Positions 46,821 to 56,315 of a stretch of 64,000 nt of DNA are shown here, piece by piece. The first letter of the stretch is position 1. Every line of letters starts with the position of its first letter. The translations under genes were made by a program, and so were the position numbers. The notes below the pieces were generated by a model, which was not told where the DNA came from, did no database searches, and was given only the letters and a program-made list of their open reading frames with translations. Location: the NCBI GenBank assembly GCA_025449535.1, contig JANWJF010000001.1, forward strand, positions 485,136 through 549,135, read 5' to 3'. Origin of the DNA: Candidatus Saccharimonadia bacterium (GTDB lineage Bacteria > Patescibacteriota > SICC01).

Positions 46821-47326
46821 GTGGCGATCTCCGGCTCGAGTCCGGCCGGGCTTCCGTCGTTATCATATCGCAGCACTACCCGGTCCCGCTCGAACCGGTC
46901 GACCCGGGCGCGCGGGATGATCAGGTCCTTCGCGGAGAGTTGCCACCAACGCGGCTTGATGTGCAGCTTGGTCAGGAAGTGCCCCTCGGTCTCGACCGTG
47001 GCGTCGTCCACTGTGCCGATCCGCTTGCCCTTGCCGGTCACCGCCCGGAGGCCGATCGGCCGGATTCCCGCCTCTGTCGCTCGTTTGACGGCGGGCAGGT
47101 CCTCGAGCGGCGCGGCGACCTCCGCCCCGGCGATTACCAGGCCGTGGTCCAGGTAGGCACGGATGTCCACGGTCGAGAGATACGCGTCCCGTGGCCCGGC
47201 GAGTCGGTACGCCAGTACCTTGCCTTTGGCGGCGTCGAAGACGACCTCCCGCACCCGGCCCACGGGCGCGCCGTCGCGTTCGGAGACCACGGGCTGGCCG
47301 GCCAGGTCGGAAAGCAACTTCAACAT
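46817..47326 (-). CDS. hypothetical protein (PRC-barrel-like)
   Basis: ORF track; weak resemblance only. Confidence 0.4.
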   Translation of the reverse strand: MLKLLSDLAGQPVVSERDGAPVGRVREVVFDAAKGKVLAYRLAGPRDAYLSTVDIRAYLDHGLVIAGAEVAAPLEDLPAVKRATEAGIRPIGLRAVTGKGKRIGTVDDATVETEGHFLTKLHIKPRWWQLSAKDLIIPRARVDRFERDRVVLRYDNDGSPAGLEPEIAT

Positions 47327-47348
47327 GCTTCCATGGTATCGGTCACGG

Positions 47349-48704
47349 TCAGCGTTCGGAAACCGGTACCGTGTCCGATACGTCGCCCTTCAGTTTCTGG
47401 GCGTCGCCGCTGGGAATCTCCACCGAGAACAGCGCCCGGCCCTTGTCGTCGTCGGCCAGCACCAGCACATGCTCGTAGTCGCGGTCCCACCCCACGATCA
47501 CGGGGTTGGAGAGCTTGCCGATCCGCTTCACGGTGCCGTCCGCGTACAGCGACAGCCGCGCGCCTTTGCCGCTGCGCACGAACACGGTCTGGTCCAACCG
47601 GCGGTTCATCAGGAACGAGCTGGCCGGCTTGGTCTCGGGGAAGACCCGGGGTTCGCCGCCTTCCAGCGCCTGCACGACCATGGCGTCGCCGCCGATTCCC
47701 TGGCTTTGGAGATAGCTGAGTCGGCTGCCGTCCACCGAGACGGCCGCTTCATGCTCGTTGCCGTCCGTGTTCGCGACCGGCTTGGTGACGCCGGTGACCA
47801 CGTTGGCGGCGAAGAGGTCGTTGTTTCCGTCGTCGCGCTCCTCTTGGTAGTAGATCGAGATGCCGTTCGGGTTCCAGACGATGCCACCGGGCAGCCGGCC
47901 GGTCTCGATCCGCTTCGATTTGCCGGTCGTAGTGTCGGCGATGAAGATCGCTTGCTCGGCAGGGATCGCCAGCTTCTTGCCGTCCGGTGACCAGGCCGCG
48001 GGCCAGGTGCCGGGCAGCTTGTCTGCGATCGTCTCGACCTTGCGCGAGGCGATGTCCACGACCTTCAGCTTGCTGCGGTTGGTGGCCTCGTCGGAGGCAC
48101 CTTCCTCGTTCGAATAGAAGGCGACCTTCTGGGTCGGACTGGAGAACGCGACGCCGTAATCGTCGAACACCGAGCTGACCAGCGCCTCGTCGTCGTCACG
48201 CTCCACGGAGCGCAGGTAGATCTGCCGTTTGCCGGGTCCGCCCTTGGCGTAGACCAGCGCGAACTCGCGACCGCTGGGCGCCGGGGCGCTGGGCAGGGGC
48301 GTGAACGTTGGCAGCGGCTCGGGAGTCGGTGCGGCCGACGGCAGCGCGGTCGGGACGGACCGCAGCGTCGGGGACGGACTCGGCGTCCGGTAGGGCGCCA
48401 GCTGGGCGACCGTGCCGAGCGAACGGGCGGCCGGCTTCGCCGAGGCGGGCGGGGTAGGCTTGCCGACCTTCACGGTGAGCACGCCCACGTCCACGTTGGC
48501 GGCGCTCTGCGGCCGGGCCCGGTTACCGAACTTCTCGTTGCTGAGCTCGCGCGGCGTCTCGGTCGGGCTGGGCGGTGCCGACGGCGTAGGCGGAGGCGGC
48601 TGCTGCTTACGGAAGTAGAGGATCGCCACGACGATACCGGCCAGGACCAGCAGTCCCAGCAGTGCGTACAGAATCTTCTTCCAACGTGGCGTTTGGTGTC
48701 TCAT
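47349..48704 (-). CDS. TolB-like PD40 beta-propeller protein with N-terminal TM and Pro-rich linker
   Basis: Repeated PD40-like beta-propeller blades; TM at N-terminus. Confidence 0.6.
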   Translation of the reverse strand: MRHQTPRWKKILYALLGLLVLAGIVVAILYFRKQQPPPPTPSAPPSPTETPRELSNEKFGNRARPQSAANVDVGVLTVKVGKPTPPASAKPAARSLGTVAQLAPYRTPSPSPTLRSVPTALPSAAPTPEPLPTFTPLPSAPAPSGREFALVYAKGGPGKRQIYLRSVERDDDEALVSSVFDDYGVAFSSPTQKVAFYSNEEGASDEATNRSKLKVVDIASRKVETIADKLPGTWPAAWSPDGKKLAIPAEQAIFIADTTTGKSKRIETGRLPGGIVWNPNGISIYYQEERDDGNNDLFAANVVTGVTKPVANTDGNEHEAAVSVDGSRLSYLQSQGIGGDAMVVQALEGGEPRVFPETKPASSFLMNRRLDQTVFVRSGKGARLSLYADGTVKRIGKLSNPVIVGWDRDYEHVLVLADDDKGRALFSVEIPSGDAQKLKGDVSDTVPVSER

Positions 48705-48748
48705 ACCCCTCCTCCGTATTGTACGCCAGGCGGGGAAAAAGCGGCCGG

Positions 48749-49306
48749 TCAGCCGCGTTCGACGTACGTGCCGGTGCGCGTGTCGACCACGACCTTGTCG
48801 CCGACCTGCACGAACAGGGGCACGTTGACGGTCGCTCCGCCAGCCAGCTTGGCGGACTTGCTGCCCCCGGCCGCGGTGTCACCCTTGAGTCCTGGATCCG
48901 TCTCGACGACCTCGAATGCCGCCTTGATCGGCAGGTCCACGCCGATGACCGACCCGCCGTGGAGCAGCAGCTTGACGTTCGCGCCTTCCGCCAGGAAGCC
49001 GGCCTGCTTGCCCAGCGTCTCGGCCGGCACCTCGTGTTGCTCGTACGTCTTGGTGTCCATGAACGTCAGCGTGTTCCCTTGGCGGAACAGGAACTGGCCT
49101 TCCGCAGTCTGGAGCGCGGCCGGCTTGATCTTGTCGTTGCCTTGGAACGTCTTCTGGAGGACCGAGCCGGTCTTCAGGTTCCGGAGTTTGGTCCGCACGA
49201 CCGCCCCGCCGCGGCCCATCTTGGCGTGCTGGTACTCGAGCACGACGTACGGATCGCCGTCGAGCTCGATCTTCGTGTTCGTCTTGAGGGCGGTGATGCC
49301 GAGCAT
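48749..49306 (-). CDS. efp: elongation factor P
   Basis: Full-length EF-P conservation including KxxxG loop region. Confidence 0.95.
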   Translation of the reverse strand: MLGITALKTNTKIELDGDPYVVLEYQHAKMGRGGAVVRTKLRNLKTGSVLQKTFQGNDKIKPAALQTAEGQFLFRQGNTLTFMDTKTYEQHEVPAETLGKQAGFLAEGANVKLLLHGGSVIGVDLPIKAAFEVVETDPGLKGDTAAGGSKSAKLAGGATVNVPLFVQVGDKVVVDTRTGTYVERG

Positions 49307-49310
49307 GGAC

Positions 49311-49541
49311 CTACCGGGTGGTGAACGGCATCAGCGCCGCCTGGCGCGACCGCTTGACCGCCGTGGCGAGCATCCGCTGGTGCTTGGCGCAGTTGCCGGA
49401 GCGCCGCCGCCCGTCGATCTTGCCGTACGGGCTGACGAACTTGCTCAGCAAGCGGACGTCCTTGTAGTCGACCACGTCCAAGTCCTTGCTGCAGAACTGG
49501 CAGCGTCGGAACTTGGGAGCTTGTTTTTCCTTGATTGCCAT
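49311..49541 (-). CDS. rpsR: 30S ribosomal protein S18
   Basis: Full-length S18 conservation. Confidence 0.95.
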   Translation of the reverse strand: MAIKEKQAPKFRRCQFCSKDLDVVDYKDVRLLSKFVSPYGKIDGRRRSGNCAKHQRMLATAVKRSRQAALMPFTTR

Positions 49542-49544
49542 CGG

Positions 49545-50033
49545 TTAGAAGGGGATATCATCCAGCGCCGGGTCCTCGGCGCCTTTATCGTCTTTCTTGG
49601 CCTTGTCGTCCTTGCCACCGGCCGCCTGCGACGCTTCCGCCTCGGTCGGCTGGGCCGGAACCTGGCTGCCTGCGCCCGGACCGCCGCCTTGGCCGGCGCC
49701 GCGGGAATCCAGGAGGATCATGTCATCAGCGACGATCTGTGTCCGCGACCGCTTGGAGCCGTCTTGGGCCTCCCAGGTGTCGGTCTGCAGGCGTCCCTCG
49801 AAGTACGCCCGGCGGCCCTTGGCCAGGTACTGGCTGCAGATCTCGGCCAGTTTGCCCCAGACGACGACGTTATGGAACTCCGCCGCCTCCTGCTTCTCGC
49901 CCTGCTGGTTCTTCCACTGGCGGTTGGTCGCGACGCCGAAGCTCGCTACCTGTTGCCCGTTCGGGGTCGTCTTCGCCTCCGGATCCCGGGTGAGGTTCCC
50001 GATGATCATCGCCTTGTTGAGATCTTTGGCCAT
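49545..50033 (-). CDS. ssb: single-stranded DNA-binding protein
   Basis: OB-fold SSB with acidic C-terminal tail DDIPF. Confidence 0.95.
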   Translation of the reverse strand: MAKDLNKAMIIGNLTRDPEAKTTPNGQQVASFGVATNRQWKNQQGEKQEAAEFHNVVVWGKLAEICSQYLAKGRRAYFEGRLQTDTWEAQDGSKRSRTQIVADDMILLDSRGAGQGGGPGAGSQVPAQPTEAEASQAAGGKDDKAKKDDKGAEDPALDDIPF

Positions 50034-50055
50034 GCTGCCTCCGATTAGTTAGTCC

Positions 50056-50595
50056 TTATGAGTCCTTGAGTTGCTCCGCCAGGGCCGCTTCCAGGTCCTT
50101 GGCGCTCGCCTTCTTCTCCGCGGCGGGTTTCTTCTCCGCCTCGTCGTCCGTGTCTTCCGCGGGAGTCGTATCCGCCGCCGGGGCTTCTTCGGCCTTACCC
50201 GCGACTGGCTTGGCACTCTTCCGCAGCGCCTCCGGCACGGTGACCTTGGCGGCCTCCTTGCTCTCCTCGACCGCGGTCGGGGTCTGGACGATCTCGCCCG
50301 GCTTCGGGACTTCCTCGGCCGCGACCAGGACCGTCCGCACGACCTCGTTCATGACGTTCAGCTGCTTCACGAAGTCATTCGCCTTGGCGGCGTCGATCTC
50401 GAGGTGCAGGAGTACGTACCAACCATGGTCCTGCTTGCCGATCGCGTAGGCGAGGCGCTTCCGCCCGAGGACGTTCTGCTCCTTGGCCTTGCCGCCGAGC
50501 GACAATAGCTTGGCGCCTACCTCGTCGGTGACCTTCGCCGCTTCGGGCTCGGTCTTGCCGCCGTCGATGATGTATAACAGTTCGTAAGTTCTCAT
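50056..50595 (-). CDS. rpsF: 30S ribosomal protein S6 with extended acidic/Ala-rich C-terminus
   Basis: MRTYELLYII N-terminus; rpsF-ssb-rpsR order. Confidence 0.9.
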   Translation of the reverse strand: MRTYELLYIIDGGKTEPEAAKVTDEVGAKLLSLGGKAKEQNVLGRKRLAYAIGKQDHGWYVLLHLEIDAAKANDFVKQLNVMNEVVRTVLVAAEEVPKPGEIVQTPTAVEESKEAAKVTVPEALRKSAKPVAGKAEEAPAADTTPAEDTDDEAEKKPAAEKKASAKDLEAALAEQLKDS

Positions 50596-50730
50596 GCTTC
50601 TCGTGGACTATCGCCCCGGTGATCGGGAGAAAAGCTCAGTACGACCCAGTGTATCGTCGCGGGGCCTGCGAGACAAGCGTCAGTACGGGCGTCGGGAGGG
50701 GAATGAAGGAGCGAGTAACCATATGGTAGC

Positions 50731-51747
50731 TTGCTTCAGTCCATACGTCAAGCGGGCGTATTATCAATCCAGATGGCTGAACCAGGTGCAGCGCAGGTCG
50801 AGGGGGAAGACCGGCAGGTTGAGGGCGTCGAGACGGACGTCGATTACGCGGAGCTGCCGAAGCCGGAACTTGAACCGGTAAGGCGCAGGGACCTGACCGA
50901 AGGATTTAAGTCGGTATCGTTAGGTGCCCCTCGCTTTCCCACTGAGAAATCGGCATGCGCAGCGATGGATAGGCGCATTAGGAAGACTGCGACGATCACA
51001 TCGACAGAGACGTACTTTCTTTGGAACTCTCAGACAGGGCGGCTGTACGAGCGTGAATTTGGTGGTGGTCCTTGGACGAGGGCGCTCGCCCAACGTAACG
51101 CAGGCTTCCGTCGTTTCGCTGGTACGGCCGTACAGACACGGCCTGGCGTTGGTCGAACCAGTGAGGACTTACTGAAGTACATAATCCGCTCCAACGTGCA
51201 GGAGGACGGACGATTCGACGTCGATGCCGACTACCTGGGATCCACGGACCGACTCAGCGAACCGTTTGACGGTGAACCCGACCCCGAACTCACTAAGCAG
51301 CTGCTAGAGGCGGTTTTCGGTGGGACTGAACGCCACGATGGATTCGAATCATTGGTTCTAGGGCGTCCATCCAGCCGACGTACCCAGATGGACCACCTGA
51401 CTAGCGTTCTGTCCGACCAACCTGCCGACGCGCCTCATGGCCAAGGGATTCGTCTGGAAGGGCCGGACGATCCTTCTGCGGGATTCTTCGAGATGATGGA
51501 AGGGTCGGGCAACGGCGAGAAGCCGGAGCCGCGGCTGGAGCTCTCCCGGTTCCGGGGAGCACTTCCAAATATTCCAGGCTTGGAAGGCGAATGGGTTCGT
51601 CTAGAAGTCACGAACCGCACCGAAGGTCAGCAGGAGTTCCTCGAAGCCTTAGCCGCCCGAATTGGCAACGGTGCGCACGTGTTTGTCGAGGGCTACCGTT
51701 GCCAACCCCAAGTATTGGTACCGATCAAGCTCGGCTTCGCGGATTGA
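50731..51747 (+). CDS. hypothetical protein (338 aa; start uncertain, alternative ATG 50773)
   Basis: ORF track; lower-GC segment; no motif. Confidence 0.45.
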   Translation: MLQSIRQAGVLSIQMAEPGAAQVEGEDRQVEGVETDVDYAELPKPELEPVRRRDLTEGFKSVSLGAPRFPTEKSACAAMDRRIRKTATITSTETYFLWNSQTGRLYEREFGGGPWTRALAQRNAGFRRFAGTAVQTRPGVGRTSEDLLKYIIRSNVQEDGRFDVDADYLGSTDRLSEPFDGEPDPELTKQLLEAVFGGTERHDGFESLVLGRPSSRRTQMDHLTSVLSDQPADAPHGQGIRLEGPDDPSAGFFEMMEGSGNGEKPEPRLELSRFRGALPNIPGLEGEWVRLEVTNRTEGQQEFLEALAARIGNGAHVFVEGYRCQPQVLVPIKLGFAD

Positions 51748-51866
51748 CCGTTGGGCAAAGCGAAGAGCGGGGCCTGGCCAAGGTTCGGGTTTGTCGAGAT
51801 AAAGAACGGTTAATGCATAGAGCAGGCCGAAGATCCTACCAGGTGACTCTGGTATAGTAATTCGTT

Positions 51867-52778
51867 ATGGAAAACACCGTTGCCATCGAGGAGGTATATC
51901 CTGAGTTGCTCCATGAGTATCAGGCCGGGGAGCCGCTCAGTGCGGAGGCTGTTGAAGCGTTCATGGCAAACCTGCCGGAATGGGACTCGGTTGAAGGAAT
52001 CAATGGCCCGGTATACGGGCGGCGGCTCACTGAATTTGATAAGGATTTCTGGCTCGGGGTTTCACTCGGGGAAGCAATCAAAGTCCATCGACTGCGATCA
52101 TCCGATCAACTCCTGGCATACGTGGAGGCGTCGAATGGTGTCTGCCCGGAACAGTTACGGGTCATCCTGGAGCTGGAAGGTGCGTCATTGGACAGTTCGG
52201 TTGCGCCTGAACGGTTAGAGACACTGTACATGCAACTCCTGGCCGCAGAAAGCGAATGGACTTTGGCGGAACTCAGAGAACATCTCCGAGTGCAGCGTGA
52301 ACTTGAAAAGGAAGCGAAGGGGGTTGTCGACGGCTTTACGGATAAGCAGCGCGAAGTCCTTCGCCAGATCGATCGACCCACTGGTGAAATCGCGTACAGC
52401 TCACGCCGCGGTGAATCGACCGTCCGAACACATATACATAACATGATGGATCAAGCAGGGTTTCGTTCGCGCGTCGAACTGCTGCTATTGGCATTCCGGG
52501 CTGGGGAATTATCCGACAAATCCCAGCCGGAGCATGCCGGAGTAAGCCGGTTGTCCGCGCGCGAGAAGGAAGTAACCCGGTTGGCAGTGTTTACCCAGCA
52601 GGAAGTCGCCGCACGCCGGGAGATATCCGTCTCCACCGTTCGGGCTCATATGCACAATGCTATGCAGAAAGCGGACGTTCCTCACCGGGCTGGATTGGTG
52701 GCAGCGACAATTCGCGAGAATATCATTACGATAGATGAATTCGTACTTCGTTCGGATGAAGCGGACTCCGAGTCGTAA
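51867..52778 (+). CDS. transcriptional regulator with two tandem LuxR/GerE-type HTH domains
   Basis: Two copies of the R(E)xEVLxx...ISxSTVRxHxHNxMxK pattern. Confidence 0.6.
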   Translation: MENTVAIEEVYPELLHEYQAGEPLSAEAVEAFMANLPEWDSVEGINGPVYGRRLTEFDKDFWLGVSLGEAIKVHRLRSSDQLLAYVEASNGVCPEQLRVILELEGASLDSSVAPERLETLYMQLLAAESEWTLAELREHLRVQRELEKEAKGVVDGFTDKQREVLRQIDRPTGEIAYSSRRGESTVRTHIHNMMDQAGFRSRVELLLLAFRAGELSDKSQPEHAGVSRLSAREKEVTRLAVFTQQEVAARREISVSTVRAHMHNAMQKADVPHRAGLVAATIRENIITIDEFVLRSDEADSES

Positions 52779-52792
52779 AGTACCGTCGGTAG

Positions 52793-53911
52793 CTAAGCTC
52801 CGTGCCGGATGTGCATGACGTCGCCGTCCTGGACGACGTAATCCTTGCCTTCCGTCCGCTGCTTGCCGGTGTCCCGCGCGGCTGATTCGGAACCGGCAGC
52901 CACGTAGTCGTCGTAGGCGATCACCTCGGCGCGGATGAACTGCTTCTCGAAGTCGCCGTGGATGGTCCCGGCGGCCTGCGGGGCGGACGAGCCGGCCCGA
53001 ATCGGCCAGGCGCGGGCTTCCTTCAGCCCGGCGGTGTAGAACGTGATCAGTTCGAGCAGCCCGTACCCGGCGCGGATGACCCGGTTGAGGTTCGGCTCCT
53101 CGAGCCCGACATCCTTTAGGAACTCCGCGCGCTCCTCCGGCGGCAGGGCGCCGATCTCGGCCTCGATCTTGGCGGATACGGCCACCACTGTCAGCCCGTT
53201 GTCCTCCGCCCAGCGCTCGGCTTCCTGATAGAAGCTGTTCGTGCCGGGCTTGGCCACGTCGCCCTCGTCGACGTTCGCGACCACCAGCATCGGCTTCCAA
53301 GTGATCAGCGGGAGCGCCCCGGATGAGTGTAGATGCACCAGCTTCTTCCGTTCGTCCGCGTTGAACTCGACCGACCGGGCCGGCTGCTCGCCATCCAGGG
53401 CTGTCGCGATCCGCTTGAGGAGTTCCAGCCGCTCGGCGGAATCCTTGTCACCCCGCGCCTCCTTCTCCAGCGGCCGGAGCAGCTTCTCTAGCGTCTGCTG
53501 GTCGGCGAGGATCAGCTCCAGCAGCACGGTCCGCAGGTCGTCGACTGGATTGAGCTTGCCGGCCACGTGGGTCACGTCCGCGTCCTCGAAGCAGCGGACG
53601 ACCAGCGCGATCGCCGTGGTCTCGCGGATGTGGCTGAGGAATTGGTTTCCGAGTCCTTCGCCCTTGTTCGCCCCGGCCACCAGCCCGGCGATGTCCACGA
53701 ACTTCACCGTGGCGGGGACGGTCTGCTCCGGCTTCACTAACTCCGTGAGCTTGGCCAGCCGTGGGTCCGGCACGTCGACGATTCCTTCGTTCGGTTCGAT
53801 CGTCGTGAACGGCCGGTTCGCCGCCTCGGCCTGCGCGCGTTCGAGCAGCGCGTTGAAGAGCGTGGACTTGCCCACGTTGGGGAGGCCGACGATGCCGATG
53901 GAGAGGGACAT
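52793..53911 (-). CDS. ychF: redox-regulated ATPase YchF (Obg-family GTPase)
   Basis: MSLSIGIVGLPNVGKSTLFNALL G1 motif; C-terminal TGS; listed ORF N-terminus trimmed. Confidence 0.9.
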   Translation of the reverse strand: MSLSIGIVGLPNVGKSTLFNALLERAQAEAANRPFTTIEPNEGIVDVPDPRLAKLTELVKPEQTVPATVKFVDIAGLVAGANKGEGLGNQFLSHIRETTAIALVVRCFEDADVTHVAGKLNPVDDLRTVLLELILADQQTLEKLLRPLEKEARGDKDSAERLELLKRIATALDGEQPARSVEFNADERKKLVHLHSSGALPLITWKPMLVVANVDEGDVAKPGTNSFYQEAERWAEDNGLTVVAVSAKIEAEIGALPPEERAEFLKDVGLEEPNLNRVIRAGYGLLELITFYTAGLKEARAWPIRAGSSAPQAAGTIHGDFEKQFIRAEVIAYDDYVAAGSESAARDTGKQRTEGKDYVVQDGDVMHIRHGA

Positions 53912-54017
53912 GAACCCAGAGTAGCACCAGGACCTTGGTTGTGGTAAAAAAGGTTGTTGGCGAGAACCCTCGCCATGCCCGGTGCGGCGGTACCGTACGC
54001 GAACCTTAGGAGTCGCC

Positions 54018-54233
54018 ATGGTCTTCGGGGCCATCATCACGCTGGAAGCCGTGCCGTGGCTCGTGTTCGCCGCGGTTGCGAGTATGACCCTTCGGAGTTG
54101 GTTCCTGGGTTGGCAAGCGTCCAAGGCCATCAATCGGAACCCCAACTGGTACATGCCGGCACTCGACCTGACGGTGGTCACGCTCTTCATGTTGCTGGTG
54201 GTCGTGGTGTTCGAGCAGTACCTCTACCCCTGA
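54018..54233 (+). CDS. small 2-TM membrane protein (71 aa)
   Basis: Preceded by AGGAGTCGCCATG; hydrophobic. Confidence 0.4.
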   Translation: MVFGAIITLEAVPWLVFAAVASMTLRSWFLGWQASKAINRNPNWYMPALDLTVVTLFMLLVVVVFEQYLYP

Positions 54234-54378
54234 CCAAGGAGACCGGATCGTCTTCGAAAGCGAGGTGGGGAAGAAGGGACCCAAGGCGACGGTCTGGGCC
54301 TATGCCGACTCGTACGACCGGCTGACCGGACGCGGGGCCTGGGCCTGACCCGAAGCGAAGTCCCATCAAGGAGTCGCC

Positions 54379-54558
54379 ATGTTCTCGGAAGAGATCGTCA
54401 TACCCTGGATTGCGTTCGCAGTGACTCTCGTCATCACCATCGGTGCGGTACGGGAGTCCAGACGACTCGGCAAGATCGGGAAAGACCTCGGCTGGTTGCT
54501 ACTCATCGTCGTCCTGGCAGCGTTCACGTTGGGCTATGCCCTGGTCGAGACGCTGTGA
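54379..54558 (+). CDS. small 2-TM membrane protein (59 aa), same RBS/start context as 54018
   Basis: Identical 13-nt AGGAGTCGCCATG context; not in ORF track (<60 aa). Confidence 0.35.
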   Translation: MFSEEIVIPWIAFAVTLVITIGAVRESRRLGKIGKDLGWLLLIVVLAAFTLGYALVETL

Positions 54559-54795
54559 GGTCCCATGTACAACATTCACTGAATCACCGATAGGTGCAGG
54601 CGCATCCGCGCTCCCACGCATCTGTCGGTTTTTCAGTTCGTTGAGAGGGTATACCCTTGTTTTTTTGTCTTAGTGGTGGTAAAAATAGTAGCCCATCGCC
54701 CCTTGAAAACCCGGCCAACCAACCCATCGCAATCTCGACCGAATCACCTTTGAAAGTCGGCTTATGCCGGAACTCGACATAGGAGCGTGAGAGGT

Positions 54796-55098
54796 GTGAG
54801 TACAGCAACAGAGACATTATCGAGTGGTACCCAAGAAGTCGTCACCACGAACCACCCCCTGCTGCGTTTTCGGAAGGAAGAATCCCGCCAAGACGGTGCC
54901 AAGGGGTGTCTGCTGATCGACGGATACGTCGAACCGGCGAAAGTCCTGGCCGAGGCCCGGAGACAGGGCGCCGTCAATTCGACCGGTAGTGGCGTCTACT
55001 ACATCGTGGAATTCACGACCGGTTTCAATCAGAAAGACGGTCCCGGAGGGCGCAACGCGGACTACGTCAAGCGGGCGCTCAAAAGGATGCAGGACTGA
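54796..55098 (+). CDS. hypothetical protein (about 100 aa; GTG start after AGGAG)
   Basis: ORF track; RBS spacing favours GTG 54796 over 54787. Confidence 0.4.
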   Translation: MSTATETLSSGTQEVVTTNHPLLRFRKEESRQDGAKGCLLIDGYVEPAKVLAEARRQGAVNSTGSGVYYIVEFTTGFNQKDGPGGRNADYVKRALKRMQD

Positions 55099-55237
55099 GT
55101 ACTCGGAATTGCGATGGAACATCGGGAGATGCATGGCACAGGCTTTGATTCGGTCGAATCGCCGTGCATCTCCCGCCCCATCCTCGGGTTGGTTAGTCGG
55201 GTTATAGTCGGCCTTTGGCCGTAAGGCACGCAATGCC

Positions 55238-56239
55238 ATGACTGAAGGAACTCCAGATCGTCGCTTCGAGCTTCCCCGGGAGGAACTGCAGTTCACAGTG
55301 GAACACAACCTTCGGGTGCTAGCGGCAATGGTTGTCCGGCAGGAGCTCGACGAGCTTGGCACGGACGCTGACGACGAGACCGCCGACCTGTCCAGCCGCG
55401 CACTGGAACACCCGAGCGTGATCGTCGATGACGTCATCGACTTCGACGCGACGGAAGCCCGCGTGCTGGCGGTCAGGTTCCCGGCCGATCCCTCGGACGG
55501 TGAGACCGTTCTCTTCGCGGAAGGATACCTGCTCACCGTCAACCGGGACGTGAAGCGAGTGACCAAGCAGAGCGGCCCGGTCCGGATCATGGCCAGCCTG
55601 GACGGGTCGACGGTGATGGTAGAAGGCCTGGACGCACTGAGTGACGACGAACTGCAGGCGGCGCTCGTCGCGACGCACAACGCGTTCCTCGGGACCAACC
55701 GACTGGACCGGGCGGTGCGCCTGGCCTTGCTCGAAGAGAACCTGGACTGGCTTGGTTCCGAGAACGTAGAGGCCGACCAGGGAATGACGGTCGTCCAAAG
55801 CGCCGTCCGGCTGATGGAAGCCGAGGAGCCGGGTTTCGACAACGACCTCAAATGCTGGTACGTGCGCAGCAAAGGTGAACTGGCGCATCTCTCGGAAATC
55901 TCGTTGCTCGACGACAAGCTGATGATCCACGTGGTCGACCGACGGCACGACAAGCACCTGTACTTGGTCTTCCAACGGGGCGAAGACGGTTCCTTCTTTC
56001 CCAGGCATGGCCCCGAACTGCTGGACCCCGGCTTGGTGGCCGACGCGCTGCTCTTGTTCACGCCCGGCAATTACGAACTGGTCAGCGAAGACTACTATCA
56101 GCGCCATAACGGCGCCCAGGCGGTAGAAGAAGTGCTGGGCGAGGAAGAAACCGATAGGTCGGAAAAGGCGCGCCGGGAACGGGAATCCCATGCACGTCAG
56201 CCGGGAACCCGGGACGAGATCGAGGATCAGTACAGGTAA
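55238..56239 (+). CDS. hypothetical acidic protein (333 aa)
   Basis: ORF track; followed by a clean terminator. Confidence 0.5.
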   Translation: MTEGTPDRRFELPREELQFTVEHNLRVLAAMVVRQELDELGTDADDETADLSSRALEHPSVIVDDVIDFDATEARVLAVRFPADPSDGETVLFAEGYLLTVNRDVKRVTKQSGPVRIMASLDGSTVMVEGLDALSDDELQAALVATHNAFLGTNRLDRAVRLALLEENLDWLGSENVEADQGMTVVQSAVRLMEAEEPGFDNDLKCWYVRSKGELAHLSEISLLDDKLMIHVVDRRHDKHLYLVFQRGEDGSFFPRHGPELLDPGLVADALLLFTPGNYELVSEDYYQRHNGAQAVEEVLGEEETDRSEKARRERESHARQPGTRDEIEDQYR

Positions 56240-56289
56240 GGTCGTTTGCTTGAATTAGCAGGCAATCAGTAGCAACCTACAAGTACTAA

Positions 56290-56312
56290 CACACCGCGCG
56301 AGCGGTGTTTTC
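56290..56312 (+). terminator. rho-independent terminator
   Basis: 7-bp stem acaccgc/gcggtgt, loop gcga, then TTTCT. Confidence 0.6.
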
Positions 56313-56315
56313 TAT

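Noticed and set aside
53912-54190. N-terminal extension of the ychF ORF (465-aa listing)
   Set aside because: YchF homologs begin at the P-loop-proximal MSLSIGIVGLPNVGKST. The upstream 93 codons have no homology and overlap a small membrane ORF on the other strand.
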